A DNA stretch of 32,000 bases from Candidatus Micrarchaeota archaeon. GTDB lineage: Archaea > Micrarchaeota > Micrarchaeia > Micrarchaeales > Micrarchaeaceae. Below, piece after piece: positions 16,485 through 24,333 of this stretch. The notes below the pieces were generated by a model that was not told the origin of the DNA, did not search any database, and was given only the letters and a program-made list of their open reading frames with translations. The stretch spans positions 21,455 through 53,454 of the forward strand of contig JAJYLX010000002.1 in assembly GCA_021787495.1 (NCBI GenBank), read 5' to 3'. Numbering within the stretch: the first letter of the stretch is position 1; the number at the start of each line of letters is the position of its first letter. The position numbers and the translations under genes are program-made.

Positions 16485-17639
16485 GTGATAGCTATGGAAA
16501 AGATACATGCGCGCGCACACGGGAAGATACTGTGGCTCGGCGGCTACTCGATACTGGAAAGGCCCAATCCTGGCTATGTCACCACGGTGGATGCCGCTGT
16601 AAGCGCCAGCCTTGTGCCACTCGCAGGCAATGTGGTAAGGATATCGGCGCCGGACTTTTCCCTGGAGGCCTCAGGGAAGATTGATCCGGGCCGAGGGGAC
16701 ATAAAGATGCGCGTGCCGCAGGAGCTTAAGCTGGTGTACTGCGCCATCAAGGCCGCCTCGTGCTATTCAGAGGCCATCGGCTTTAAGGTATCGGGATTCG
16801 GGATAACCACCAGGAGCGACAAGGCGTTCTCCTCAGGTTCAGGGCTATCAAAGTCGGGCCTCGGGAGCAGCGCCGCCGTGACCGTCGCTACCGCCGCTGC
16901 CGTACTTAGGCATTTTGGGGCAGACCCCTACAAGGACGATGCACTCCACAAGATCTCCCAAGCCGCGCACGCAATCGCGACCGGAAAGACCGGCAGCGGG
17001 TTCGACATCGCAGCTGCGATTTACGGAGACATAATATATTCGAGGTACGACCCGTCGATTCTCGCGGCGCTGCCACAGGAGTTCGACGCTGACGAAATCA
17101 GAGAGCTCGTGGAACGTGAATGGGACTACCGGATAGAAAGGCTTCCGCTTCCCCCGGCGTTCAGCTTCGCTGCCGCCAACTTCGTTGGTGGCTCATCAGC
17201 CACGAAGGCGATGGTCGGCACGGTGAACGAGTACAAGCGCACAAACCCAGATGAATACGCGTCGCTGATAAGGGAGATCAACAGCGAGAATGAGAAGGCG
17301 ATAACAGCATTGAGGAAGATTGGCAGCGGCGCCGCCGAGCCCCTAGGAGAATTCAAACGCGCATTCAACAGGGGCAGGGAGGCCTCGAAGCGGTTGGGCG
17401 CCGCGAGCAACGCAGATATAGAACCGGATGACATAACCTCGCTGATAGAGCAGACTGTCAACAGCGGCGCTTTCGTGGCCAAGAGCCCAGGGGCTGGCGG
17501 ACACGACGCGATAGCGGCGCTGTTCCTGGCAAGGGACGGTGCTGCGGCATACAATGACACGATTAGGCTCTGGTCCAGAGACAAGAGGCTCAAGGTGATG
17601 GACCTGAAAAGGAACAGCTGCGGCGTCGAGGTCCAATGA
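16485..17639 (+). CDS. Phosphomevalonate kinase, ERG8/GHMP type
   Basis: HGKILWLGGYSILE (cf. PGKxxLxGEYxVL), the GHMP motif SKSGLGSSAAVTVA and KSPGAGGHDA are present. The start is GTG 16485 or ATG 16494. Confidence 0.8.
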   Translation: MIAMEKIHARAHGKILWLGGYSILERPNPGYVTTVDAAVSASLVPLAGNVVRISAPDFSLEASGKIDPGRGDIKMRVPQELKLVYCAIKAASCYSEAIGFKVSGFGITTRSDKAFSSGSGLSKSGLGSSAAVTVATAAAVLRHFGADPYKDDALHKISQAAHAIATGKTGSGFDIAAAIYGDIIYSRYDPSILAALPQEFDADEIRELVEREWDYRIERLPLPPAFSFAAANFVGGSSATKAMVGTVNEYKRTNPDEYASLIREINSENEKAITALRKIGSGAAEPLGEFKRAFNRGREASKRLGAASNADIEPDDITSLIEQTVNSGAFVAKSPGAGGHDAIAALFLARDGAAAYNDTIRLWSRDKRLKVMDLKRNSCGVEVQ

Positions 17640-17713
17640 CAGCACCAACGTGCACTTCTACCTTGTAGAGCCCCCGATGGCCCTTATGTAATCCGCTTCG
17701 GCCGCTACAAGGA

Positions 17714-18196
17714 TTATGACACCGCCTTTGCCTCCTTCGCCTGCTGCGGCTCCGCCGCCTCTTCCGCGCTGGCGGGCTGCCTTTTGCCTCCGCGCTTCGA
17801 CTGCCTCCCCAACCTTGCATTGACGAACTCGACCTGCAGGTCCTCCTCTGCCTTGCTCTCCATCCACTCCTTTATGTAGGCGGAGATGTTCCTCAGCGGC
17901 TTGGTATACCTGTCCGTCAATGCGTAGGCGTTGTCCTCGTGCTTCATGAGCCCGATCTGCACCGCATAGTCGAGATAGCGCTTCGCGGTCGCTATCGGCA
18001 CGTCCTTCGGCACCTCCTTCAGCCTGAGCTGCCCCCTCCTCTTCGTTTCCAGCAGCAGGAATGAGAACCTGTATGCCTCTGTCTCATTGTCAAAGAAGAG
18101 CTTTGCTATCTCCTTGACGTTCGGGCTCTTCAGCTTCTCCTTGAGCGCCGCGTCCTCGAACTCCCAGTAGCGTATCGACATCAGATCAGCAGTCAT
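17714..18196 (-). CDS. Hypothetical protein, probably a winged-helix DNA-binding fold with a charged tail
   Basis: The ORF is well supported by codon usage, and a TATA-like CTTTTTATAG lies just upstream. The central region (PIATAKRYLDYAVQIGLMKHEDNAYALT) resembles a wHTH recognition helix plus wing. No family was recognised. Confidence 0.4.
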   Translation of the reverse strand: MTADLMSIRYWEFEDAALKEKLKSPNVKEIAKLFFDNETEAYRFSFLLLETKRRGQLRLKEVPKDVPIATAKRYLDYAVQIGLMKHEDNAYALTDRYTKPLRNISAYIKEWMESKAEEDLQVEFVNARLGRQSKRGGKRQPASAEEAAEPQQAKEAKAVS

Positions 18197-18219
18197 TGGC
18201 AGCTAAACTATAAAAAGAG

Positions 18220-18741
18220 TCATGTCTCGACGGATGCGCCGCCGAACTCCCCACAGTAAATCGAGTAGTCCCTGTCGCTGTGCAGCACCAGCACTGTGTT
18301 CATTATCACATTTGCAGCATAGCCGTACAGCGTTCTGCTGACTATCTTTACCGCGGTCTGCACGGGCACGCCGTAGGAGCCTGTGGATATCGAGGGGAAT
18401 GCGATGCTCGTGCAGTTGTTCTCTTCAGCAATCCTAAGCGAGTTGACATAGCAGTTCCCGAGCAGCGCCAAGTCGTCCCTGCCGTATACCGGCCCTACCG
18501 TGTGTATAACATACTTTGCCGGGAGATCATAGCCGGGCGTTATGATTGCCTCGCCAGTCGGCAGGCCCCCCATGCGCTCCCTCCTCAGTATGCGCCTGCA
18601 CTCCTCCTCGAGCTTCGGTCCCGCTGCGGCGTGTATGGCCCCGTCGACGCCTCCGCCTCCTCCGAGCATCGGATTCGCGGCGTTGACTATTGCATCCACC
18701 CTCAGCCTCGTTATGTCGCCCTTGATTATTGAGATCCTCAT
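18220..18741 (-). CDS. Macro domain protein (ADP-ribose / O-acetyl-ADP-ribose processing)
   Basis: [37 protein letters not shown] and the SISTGSYG motif are present. Confidence 0.9.
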   Translation of the reverse strand: MRISIIKGDITRLRVDAIVNAANPMLGGGGGVDGAIHAAAGPKLEEECRRILRRERMGGLPTGEAIITPGYDLPAKYVIHTVGPVYGRDDLALLGNCYVNSLRIAEENNCTSIAFPSISTGSYGVPVQTAVKIVSRTLYGYAANVIMNTVLVLHSDRDYSIYCGEFGGASVET

Positions 18742-19166
18742 TGCAGCCCCTTTATCGCATCGCTTATGCTCCTTCTTATGGCCTCCTGCTCCTCCTTGCT
18801 CGCATAGCCCTTCCTCGGCCAGAAGAAGCCGTGCAGGCCGTCGTGGAACCTCCGCGGTATTATGTGGACGTGAAAATGGGGCACGCTCTGGCTGACCCTG
18901 TTGTTCATCGCGATGAAGACGCCGTCGGCCTTCATCGCCATCTCGATGCCTCTGGCGACGAGCTTCACCTCTGTGAAGAGAGGGCCGAGCTCCTCGTCCG
19001 GCACCTTGTCTATCGTCTCGTAATGCTTCCTCGGCGCGACCAGCGTGTGCCCCGGAAAGACCGGCCTGAAGTCCAGGAATGCCACCGATTCCTTCCCCTC
19101 GTACACTATGAACTCGGCTCCTTCCCTGAGGGCGCAGAATACGCAGCCCCCGATCCTGTTTTGCAT
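18738..19166 (-). CDS. HIT family nucleotide hydrolase/transferase
   Basis: The histidine triad HFHVHIIPR is present. The start is taken at ATG 19166 ([11 protein letters not shown]). It overlaps the macro-domain gene by 4 nt. Confidence 0.85.
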   Translation of the reverse strand: MQNRIGGCVFCALREGAEFIVYEGKESVAFLDFRPVFPGHTLVAPRKHYETIDKVPDEELGPLFTEVKLVARGIEMAMKADGVFIAMNNRVSQSVPHFHVHIIPRRFHDGLHGFFWPRKGYASKEEQEAIRRSISDAIKGLQ

Positions 19167-19186
19167 GCTATAATTGGGTTGGCGGC

Positions 19187-19199
19187 TTTTATATTTATA
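19187..19199 (-). promoter_or_regulatory. TATA box for the HIT-macro operon
   Basis: On the minus strand, TATAAATATAAAA is centred about 27 nt upstream of ATG 19166. This fits a leaderless transcript. Confidence 0.45.
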
Positions 19200-19456
19200 G
19201 CAATAGCGCCGCATCACAGCGTGCAGGAGCCGCTGAAAATCCTGCCGTAGGACAGGCGTGACGGCCTATCGCGGCCGCTGCCTGGGCGCAGACAATCGGT
19301 CCAATGGCAAATCTCTGGGCAGGCCCATCGCATTCGCCGTTCAGGACCGGTGTGGAGATTAGGCACCCATGGCCGGCCACTGATATCCGATTGGTCACAA
19401 ACAGTGGTCTGCCGCTGCATTCCATATCGACAGAAGAGCGTCGGCGTAACTGCGAA

Positions 19457-19469
19457 GGTTTATAATTTG
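19457..19469 (+). promoter_or_regulatory. TATA-like box upstream of the YjbQ-like gene
   Basis: GGTTTATAATTTG is present. The first ATG downstream of the predicted transcription start is 19543. Confidence 0.4.
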
Positions 19470-19542
19470 TCAAGTCCATATTCCCCGTGGTGGACGCGCA
19501 TATTACGAATAGCGGCCCCGTCCGGCGCCCTGAATACGACTA

Positions 19543-20691
19543 ATGACGTATCCTGCCTATGCTTATTTATATCGCTTCATGCGACACCCATTGCAGGTGA
19601 CTTCAATGTCAAGAGGCCCCTACATACCAGGGAAGCACAGCACACCATCGGTAGCGGAAGCGATTGACGTCTCCGCGCCATCGCCGATAGCGATCATGTC
19701 AGAGAAGCTGCACACCGTCGCATCCTCTCAAGGCAGGCTGCGCAGCAGCGCCTTCCTCGAGGGCGCAGCTAGCAACGGCTCGGCGCGCAGGCTCTCGTTC
19801 GTCTACACGGAGAACAACGGCACATCGACGCAGGCATTCGAGCCGATACCTATCTCGAAGCCGGACGTCGGCGTGCACGTCCTAGACATAACGAGGAAGG
19901 TGGACGGCGCGGTCAAGGAGCTGTCGAAGATACACACAGGAGTGGCGTTCGTGTCCACCGGCCCGAAGCCCGACACGGGGCTCACGCTCATGGAGTACGA
20001 GGACGGCTCCGTCGCGGACTACAAGCGGCTGATCGCGGATATGAAGGAGGCTGTCGGAGACGGCTTTTCCCCCGGGGCGATGCTGCGCTCCTACCTGCCG
20101 GTAATATTCATAGGGAAGAACATAAAGACGAGGGGCGCCGGATGCGAGGGCTGGGGCTGCATAGCGTACGTCGACGCCAACCAGTCCAGCGTGGAATCAG
20201 GCATCAATCTCTCGCTCGTCGGGGCGAAGGCCTCGGCCTTCGAGGTGCGCCACAGCGACGACGGCACTCCTTCCGTCCCTGGGCCGTGGGTCGTTGACAT
20301 AACCGCGCAGGTCGAGAACGAGGTCAAGGCGGCTGGCGTCCAGGACGGCACGGTGCTGGTCTCGACGCCACACACGACCGTCGGCATAATGGCCGCCGAG
20401 CGTGGCGAGGGGCTTGAGAGGCTCAAATCTTTCCTAATGAGGCTCGCCCCAGAAGGGGCGGATTACGTCCATCATCGCACCGCAGGTGACCACAATGGCC
20501 ATGGGCACCTGATGGCCGAGCTGCTTGGCTCGTACGCGCTCGTGCAGCTTTCCGGCGGCAGGATGGACCTGGGAGCCAGGCGTCTGCTGCTCATGGACTG
20601 CGACCCAGAGATAGGGAAGTCGCGCGCCGTAGGCACCGCAGTCATGCCTCTGTGCGAGGAACTGCAGTGGACGGGCCCGTGCCCAGGCTGA
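19543..20691 (+). CDS. Duplicated YjbQ/UPF0047 (secondary thiamine-phosphate synthase-like) protein
   Basis: The C-terminal domain is intact: VDITAQVENEV..GTVLVSTPHTTVGIMAAE..Y.HH..GDHNGHGHLMAELLG..LG. An upstream degenerate copy is also present (VLDITRKVDGAV..GVAFVSTG..LTLMEYEDG...GWGCIAYVD), preceded by about 95 aa of unknown sequence. Confidence 0.65.
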   Translation: MTYPAYAYLYRFMRHPLQVTSMSRGPYIPGKHSTPSVAEAIDVSAPSPIAIMSEKLHTVASSQGRLRSSAFLEGAASNGSARRLSFVYTENNGTSTQAFEPIPISKPDVGVHVLDITRKVDGAVKELSKIHTGVAFVSTGPKPDTGLTLMEYEDGSVADYKRLIADMKEAVGDGFSPGAMLRSYLPVIFIGKNIKTRGAGCEGWGCIAYVDANQSSVESGINLSLVGAKASAFEVRHSDDGTPSVPGPWVVDITAQVENEVKAAGVQDGTVLVSTPHTTVGIMAAERGEGLERLKSFLMRLAPEGADYVHHRTAGDHNGHGHLMAELLGSYALVQLSGGRMDLGARRLLLMDCDPEIGKSRAVGTAVMPLCEELQWTGPCPG

Positions 20692-20714
20692 GCTGCCGAA
20701 ATGGAAGCCTCCCT

Positions 20715-21494
20715 CTACCAGATGTACGGGCCGACGGCCCTCTCGATGAAGGCATCCCCCCTGAACCACGAGGATATCCTCATGCCGGCATCGCTGCATT
20801 CCCTGAATGTCCTGAAGCCGGCGAAGACGGTTGGCCCCTTCCCGGTAACCCCGCACTCCTCGGAGCCGTGCCTTAACTCCCTCAGCAGCCTGGCGGTGTC
20901 CGGGCAGAGCTCCGATGCCAGCTGCGTGAAGCCCTTGCCTGTCTTGTCATGCAGAGCGTACATCTCCCTCGTGCTCAGCTCCATGCGAGGGTGCGCTATC
21001 ACGTAGTAGATGTTGGGGCTGCCCATCCTCCTTATGGTATGGCTTGCGGACCCGCTGACCATCGCCCTGCCGCCGTAGAGCAGGAAAGAGACGTCGTTGC
21101 CGACCCTTTCCGCGACCCTCTGCAGGTCCGCGGCGCCCATGCCGAGCGCGAACGCCCTGTTGGCCAGCCTGAGCGCCGCGGCCGCGTCGGAGCTGCCCCC
21201 TCCCATGCCCGCCGCCATCGGTATGGACTTCGATATCGTTATCCTGCAGCTGAGCCGCATGCCCGCCTCCTTCGACAGCTCGTCCAGCGCCTTCTCCACT
21301 ATGTTGCCCGGGACGAGCGGCCCCTCTATGCCAGCCTCTCTGCTACTTGTCCTCCTGAGCGCGACACGGTCGTGCAGCGACACCGTCTGGAAGACGCCAG
21401 ACACCTCGTGCATGCCGCTGCCGTCCTTCTCGCCTATCGAGAGGCCGATGTTAAGCTTCGCCATCGCGCACGCGGAATAAGTACTGCCGCTCAT
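20715..21494 (-). CDS. ispE: 4-diphosphocytidyl-2-C-methyl-D-erythritol kinase-like GHMP kinase
   Basis: AKLNIGLSIGEKDGSGMHEVSGVFQTVSLHD matches the IspE pattern KINLxLxVxGxRxDGYHxLxS. Also present are ISKSIPMAAGMGGGSSDAAAAL and VGNDVSFLLYGGRAMVSG (cf. LGADVPFFLxGGxAxxxG). An alternative TTG start lies at 21533. Confidence 0.75.
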   Translation of the reverse strand: MSGSTYSACAMAKLNIGLSIGEKDGSGMHEVSGVFQTVSLHDRVALRRTSSREAGIEGPLVPGNIVEKALDELSKEAGMRLSCRITISKSIPMAAGMGGGSSDAAAALRLANRAFALGMGAADLQRVAERVGNDVSFLLYGGRAMVSGSASHTIRRMGSPNIYYVIAHPRMELSTREMYALHDKTGKGFTQLASELCPDTARLLRELRHGSEECGVTGKGPTVFAGFRTFRECSDAGMRISSWFRGDAFIERAVGPYIW

Positions 21495-21537
21495 CGCAAT
21501 GCCCCTGTAAACCTTGTCTCTCACCCTCTCCAACCGA

Positions 21538-22068
21538 TCACTCTCCCTCGGAACGCCTGAGCATGACGTTCGCCGCCGCGTTTATGCCCCTGCCTTTGCC
21601 GTGCTCGCTGAGCCCCTCTCCAGTGGTGGCGCCTATGCCGACGCTGCCCTCATCGACGCCTAGCGCCGTCGCGACGTTCTTCCTCATCCTGTCGATGTGG
21701 CCGCTGAGCCGCGGCCTGCCCGCGGTTATCATCACCGTGGCGTTGCTGACCGCGTATCCCGCCTCCCTGACCTTCCCCATCACGAAGCCCAGGAGCCTGC
21801 CGCCCTCTATGCCCTCGTAGTCGGGATCCGTGTCCGGGAAGTGGAAGCCGATGTCGCGCTCTCCTATCGCGAGCAGCAGCGCATTGGCGAGCGCGTGGTA
21901 GACCACGTCGCCGTCGGAGTGCGCCACTGGGGTATACCCGTCCGACACGACGACCCCCGCGAGCTTGAGCGGCTTCCGGCTCCCATCGTTCGGCTCTATC
22001 CTGTGGTCATCGGACCCGTTGCCTATGAGATACGCCGGGCGGCCCGCGCGTCCGCGTTGCTTCTGCAT
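21538..22068 (-). CDS. ispF: 2-C-methyl-D-erythritol 2,4-cyclodiphosphate synthase
   Basis: IGNGSDDHRI (cf. IGHGFDVHRF), AHSDGDVVYHALANALL, DIGFHFPDTDPDYEGIEG and GIGATTGEGLSEHGKGRGI (cf. KATTxExLGFxGRxEGI) are present. The Asp/His zinc ligands are conserved. The start is taken at ATG 22068. Confidence 0.85.
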   Translation of the reverse strand: MQKQRGRAGRPAYLIGNGSDDHRIEPNDGSRKPLKLAGVVVSDGYTPVAHSDGDVVYHALANALLLAIGERDIGFHFPDTDPDYEGIEGGRLLGFVMGKVREAGYAVSNATVMITAGRPRLSGHIDRMRKNVATALGVDEGSVGIGATTGEGLSEHGKGRGINAAANVMLRRSEGE

Positions 22069-22108
22069 GTACGGTAATCTCGCAATAGAATAATACGCCT
22101 TGCGCCGG

Positions 22109-23716
22109 TCAAGGCGACAGGGCGCCGAGCCGCGAGAACGGGAGCACTTCAATCCTGTTGCCCGAAAGCCCAGCGTACCTACTGGCGTGGTCGTCGTTCA
22201 CCACCACTATCGTCCTGGAGTACGCCCCGCTCCTGTCGCGTATCATCGCCGCGGTCTCGCCGAAGTTCTTCCTGCCCGTCTCATACTCTATCGCGATCCT
22301 GCCTCCGGCATATGCGACGATGTCGGGACCGCCCGGACGCCTGTTGACATAGTGCCTTATGTGAAGCCCGCCCAGCCTTTCTGATATCTCCCTTACGCGT
22401 TCCTCGTGCTCATCGCTCACATTGGCGGGCTTTGCCACTATGGCCGCCCCATTCCCGTCGCCGTTGGGCGGCTTTGCCGCGCGCGTCCTTACGACGACCG
22501 CGCCCTCCCTTCCGGAGACTATCGCCTCGTTTATCCCCAGCCGCTCGAGCATGCCGCGCACGACGTTCGCCCTGAACGCGTCGCCCTTCGCTATCGCGCT
22601 GGCCACGTAGTTGATCTCGGAGGGCTCGTTGATGTGGAAGGCGATGAACGTCGCGGAATTGGCGATTATGTCCTTCGGCAGCATCGCCGAGCTGTTCGTG
22701 ACTATAACTATCGCGTAGCCGAACTTCCTCCCCTCGTTCACCAGCGACGTCAGCAGCGCCCCGGCGTTGTCGAGCAGGAACCTGCTCTCGTCTATGATGA
22801 TGTAGAGTCTGATTCCCCTCTCCATCTGGTTGCCCCTCATGGCGCCGTACAGCCTCTTCACGGCCTCATGCATGTAGATGACCTTCGCCTCCGTGTTCTG
22901 GATGCCCGACAGGGAGAAAGAATTTATCCCGCTTGCCAGGCCATCCATGCCTACGTGGCTGCTGATCGGCATGCACTTCTGCAGCGAGGCTACCCTCTGC
23001 CGTATGTGCTCCAGCCTCTCCCTCTCGGCCGCCCCCTTTGCGTTGTTCGCGAAGATGGAGAGCTCGCCCACAAGGTCCCGCAGCGTCGGAACCCTGCTGA
23101 GCTCGCTGCCGTTCATGTCGCGCACGCACTTCCTGTACGTGTAGTAGAGCGCGCTGTTCAGGGCGACCCTCTGCAGGTACCCTAGGCCGTACACGTCCGA
23201 GAGGAGGTTCGCCAGCTCCTCTATCCTCTGCGAGATCGTAAGCCCGTCGAGCGCGAAGATGTTTATGTTCTCCCTAGAGGCGTCGTGCGCCTTCCCTCCC
23301 AGCCCCTCTATCAGCGCCTCGTGCTCGCTGTGCCCGTCGAAGAGCACGATCGGCTTCCCCGCTCCGGCTATCTCCCTTATCATGGTCTTGAGCAGCGTGG
23401 ACTTCCCATAGCCTGACGCCCCGAGTATCACCGTATGGGGGTTGGCCTCCCTTTCCGGCAGCAGCCGGAACCTGCCGAACGCCCTCTTCCATACGAAGGT
23501 GCGCATGTACGAGTAGGTCACCGCGCGCCCGTTGAAGCGGGGTTCCGCCATCCATGCGTTGCAGAGCCTTCTCCTCCTCTTTCCTAGCTCTATGTGGAAG
23601 CCTCTCCCGTTCCACTCCCATGTCCAACCTGTCAATCGTTTTATCTTCGCCAAAATGCCATCGGTCACGGAAACACCTCGATGGCAGGGCGCGCGCTCTG
23701 CGGCTGCGAATGCCAA
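22109..23716 (-). CDS. HerA/FtsK-type (DUF87-like) P-loop ATPase fused to a C-terminal Hjc-like PD-(D/E)xK domain
   Basis: The ATPase part has Walker A (ILGASGYGKST), Walker B (LYIIIDESRF) and a HerA-like distal motif (IVIVTNSSAMLPKDIIANSATFIAFHINEP). The last 100 aa or so (EERVREISERLGG..GGPDIVAY..IAIEYETGRK..IEVLPFSRL) parallel the archaeal Hjc motifs (ERxxxxxL..PDIIA..IExK..IPFEKL). The start is uncertain (TTG 23716 or GTG 23668). Confidence 0.6.
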   Translation of the reverse strand: MAFAAAERAPCHRGVSVTDGILAKIKRLTGWTWEWNGRGFHIELGKRRRRLCNAWMAEPRFNGRAVTYSYMRTFVWKRAFGRFRLLPEREANPHTVILGASGYGKSTLLKTMIREIAGAGKPIVLFDGHSEHEALIEGLGGKAHDASRENINIFALDGLTISQRIEELANLLSDVYGLGYLQRVALNSALYYTYRKCVRDMNGSELSRVPTLRDLVGELSIFANNAKGAAERERLEHIRQRVASLQKCMPISSHVGMDGLASGINSFSLSGIQNTEAKVIYMHEAVKRLYGAMRGNQMERGIRLYIIIDESRFLLDNAGALLTSLVNEGRKFGYAIVIVTNSSAMLPKDIIANSATFIAFHINEPSEINYVASAIAKGDAFRANVVRGMLERLGINEAIVSGREGAVVVRTRAAKPPNGDGNGAAIVAKPANVSDEHEERVREISERLGGLHIRHYVNRRPGGPDIVAYAGGRIAIEYETGRKNFGETAAMIRDRSGAYSRTIVVVNDDHASRYAGLSGNRIEVLPFSRLGALSP

Positions 23717-23722
23717 ATAGGT

Positions 23723-23744
23723 GGGATGGTGAGGGTACCATCCC
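23723..23744 (-). other. 8-bp stem-loop in the 30-nt spacer between the small ORF and the ATPase gene
   Basis: GGGATGGT-GAGGGT-ACCATCCC is a perfect inverted repeat. On the mRNA strand it ends 7 nt before the TTG start of the ATPase gene. Confidence 0.5.
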
Positions 23745-23746
23745 GA

Positions 23747-24010
23747 TCAGACTGGCTGTAGCCTGACAAGCTCCGCAGCTCTCAGGCTGTCTACTTTGAA
23801 GGTCGCGGTGAATGCCCTGTAGTCCCCCGTGCACCTGCCGTACTGCCTGGCCCAGCCCTTGAGGGCCCTCAGCCATTGCAGCGCCCTGTACAGGTCTTCC
23901 ACGTCCCGCTCCACCATGGCCCCGTCCGTCTGCTCCTCGCCGTCTCCTCTCACAAGATGGTCCAGAGCCGCTTTCATCCTAGCTTCCGCTGTGTCGTTCG
24001 TTGTTTCCAT
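23747..24010 (-). CDS. Hypothetical small protein (87 aa) upstream of the ATPase-nuclease gene
   Basis: The start is taken at ATG 24010, preceded by GGTGAG. A TATA-like CTATATAAATT lies about 48 nt upstream. The protein has an acidic N-half and a basic, aromatic C-half. No family was recognised. Confidence 0.45.
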   Translation of the reverse strand: METTNDTAEARMKAALDHLVRGDGEEQTDGAMVERDVEDLYRALQWLRALKGWARQYGRCTGDYRAFTATFKVDSLRAAELVRLQPV

Positions 24011-24207
24011 TTGGCTCACCCAAAAATGAGACTGATGCCCGCGCCTTGCCGGACCCAATTTATATAGCGTCGGGTCAGAACACTTTCCTTACTCTATTTA
24101 CTGCAATAAACTATTTATACCTTACTATACTATCTAATACCAAAGTAATGCTTATATGCCTTCATCTCCATATAGTAGCGCCGGTTGTTGTTTCCGGCAA
24201 CCCAGAA

Positions 24208-24227
24208 GGGGCGGCCCGCGCCGCCCC
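24208..24227. other. Perfect 8-bp GC stem-loop inside an AT-rich divergent intergenic region
   Basis: GGGGCGGC-CCGC-GCCGCCCC. It is flanked upstream by a 5-bp hairpin (24180-24198). Downstream lie palindromes and a GCGCTTTT run near 24277-24284. Confidence 0.5.
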
Positions 24228-24333
24228 GTTTATGCTTGCAAGCCCGGGAGCCTCGTCAACTGACGCATGCGGCGCAGCGCTTTTAAGCCTTCTCTAACAA
24301 CGTTAGACTGCTTGGATCGAAGAGGCAGACAAT

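Noticed and set aside
19218-19542. Possible SRP RNA, RNase P RNA or tRNA in the long HIT/YjbQ spacer.
   Set aside because: I could not find a GGTTCRAATCC-type T-arm, a matching acceptor stem, or the conserved SRP helix-8 (..CAGGCCCGGAAGGGAGCA..) type motif on either strand. The region is kept only as an unexplained long spacer.
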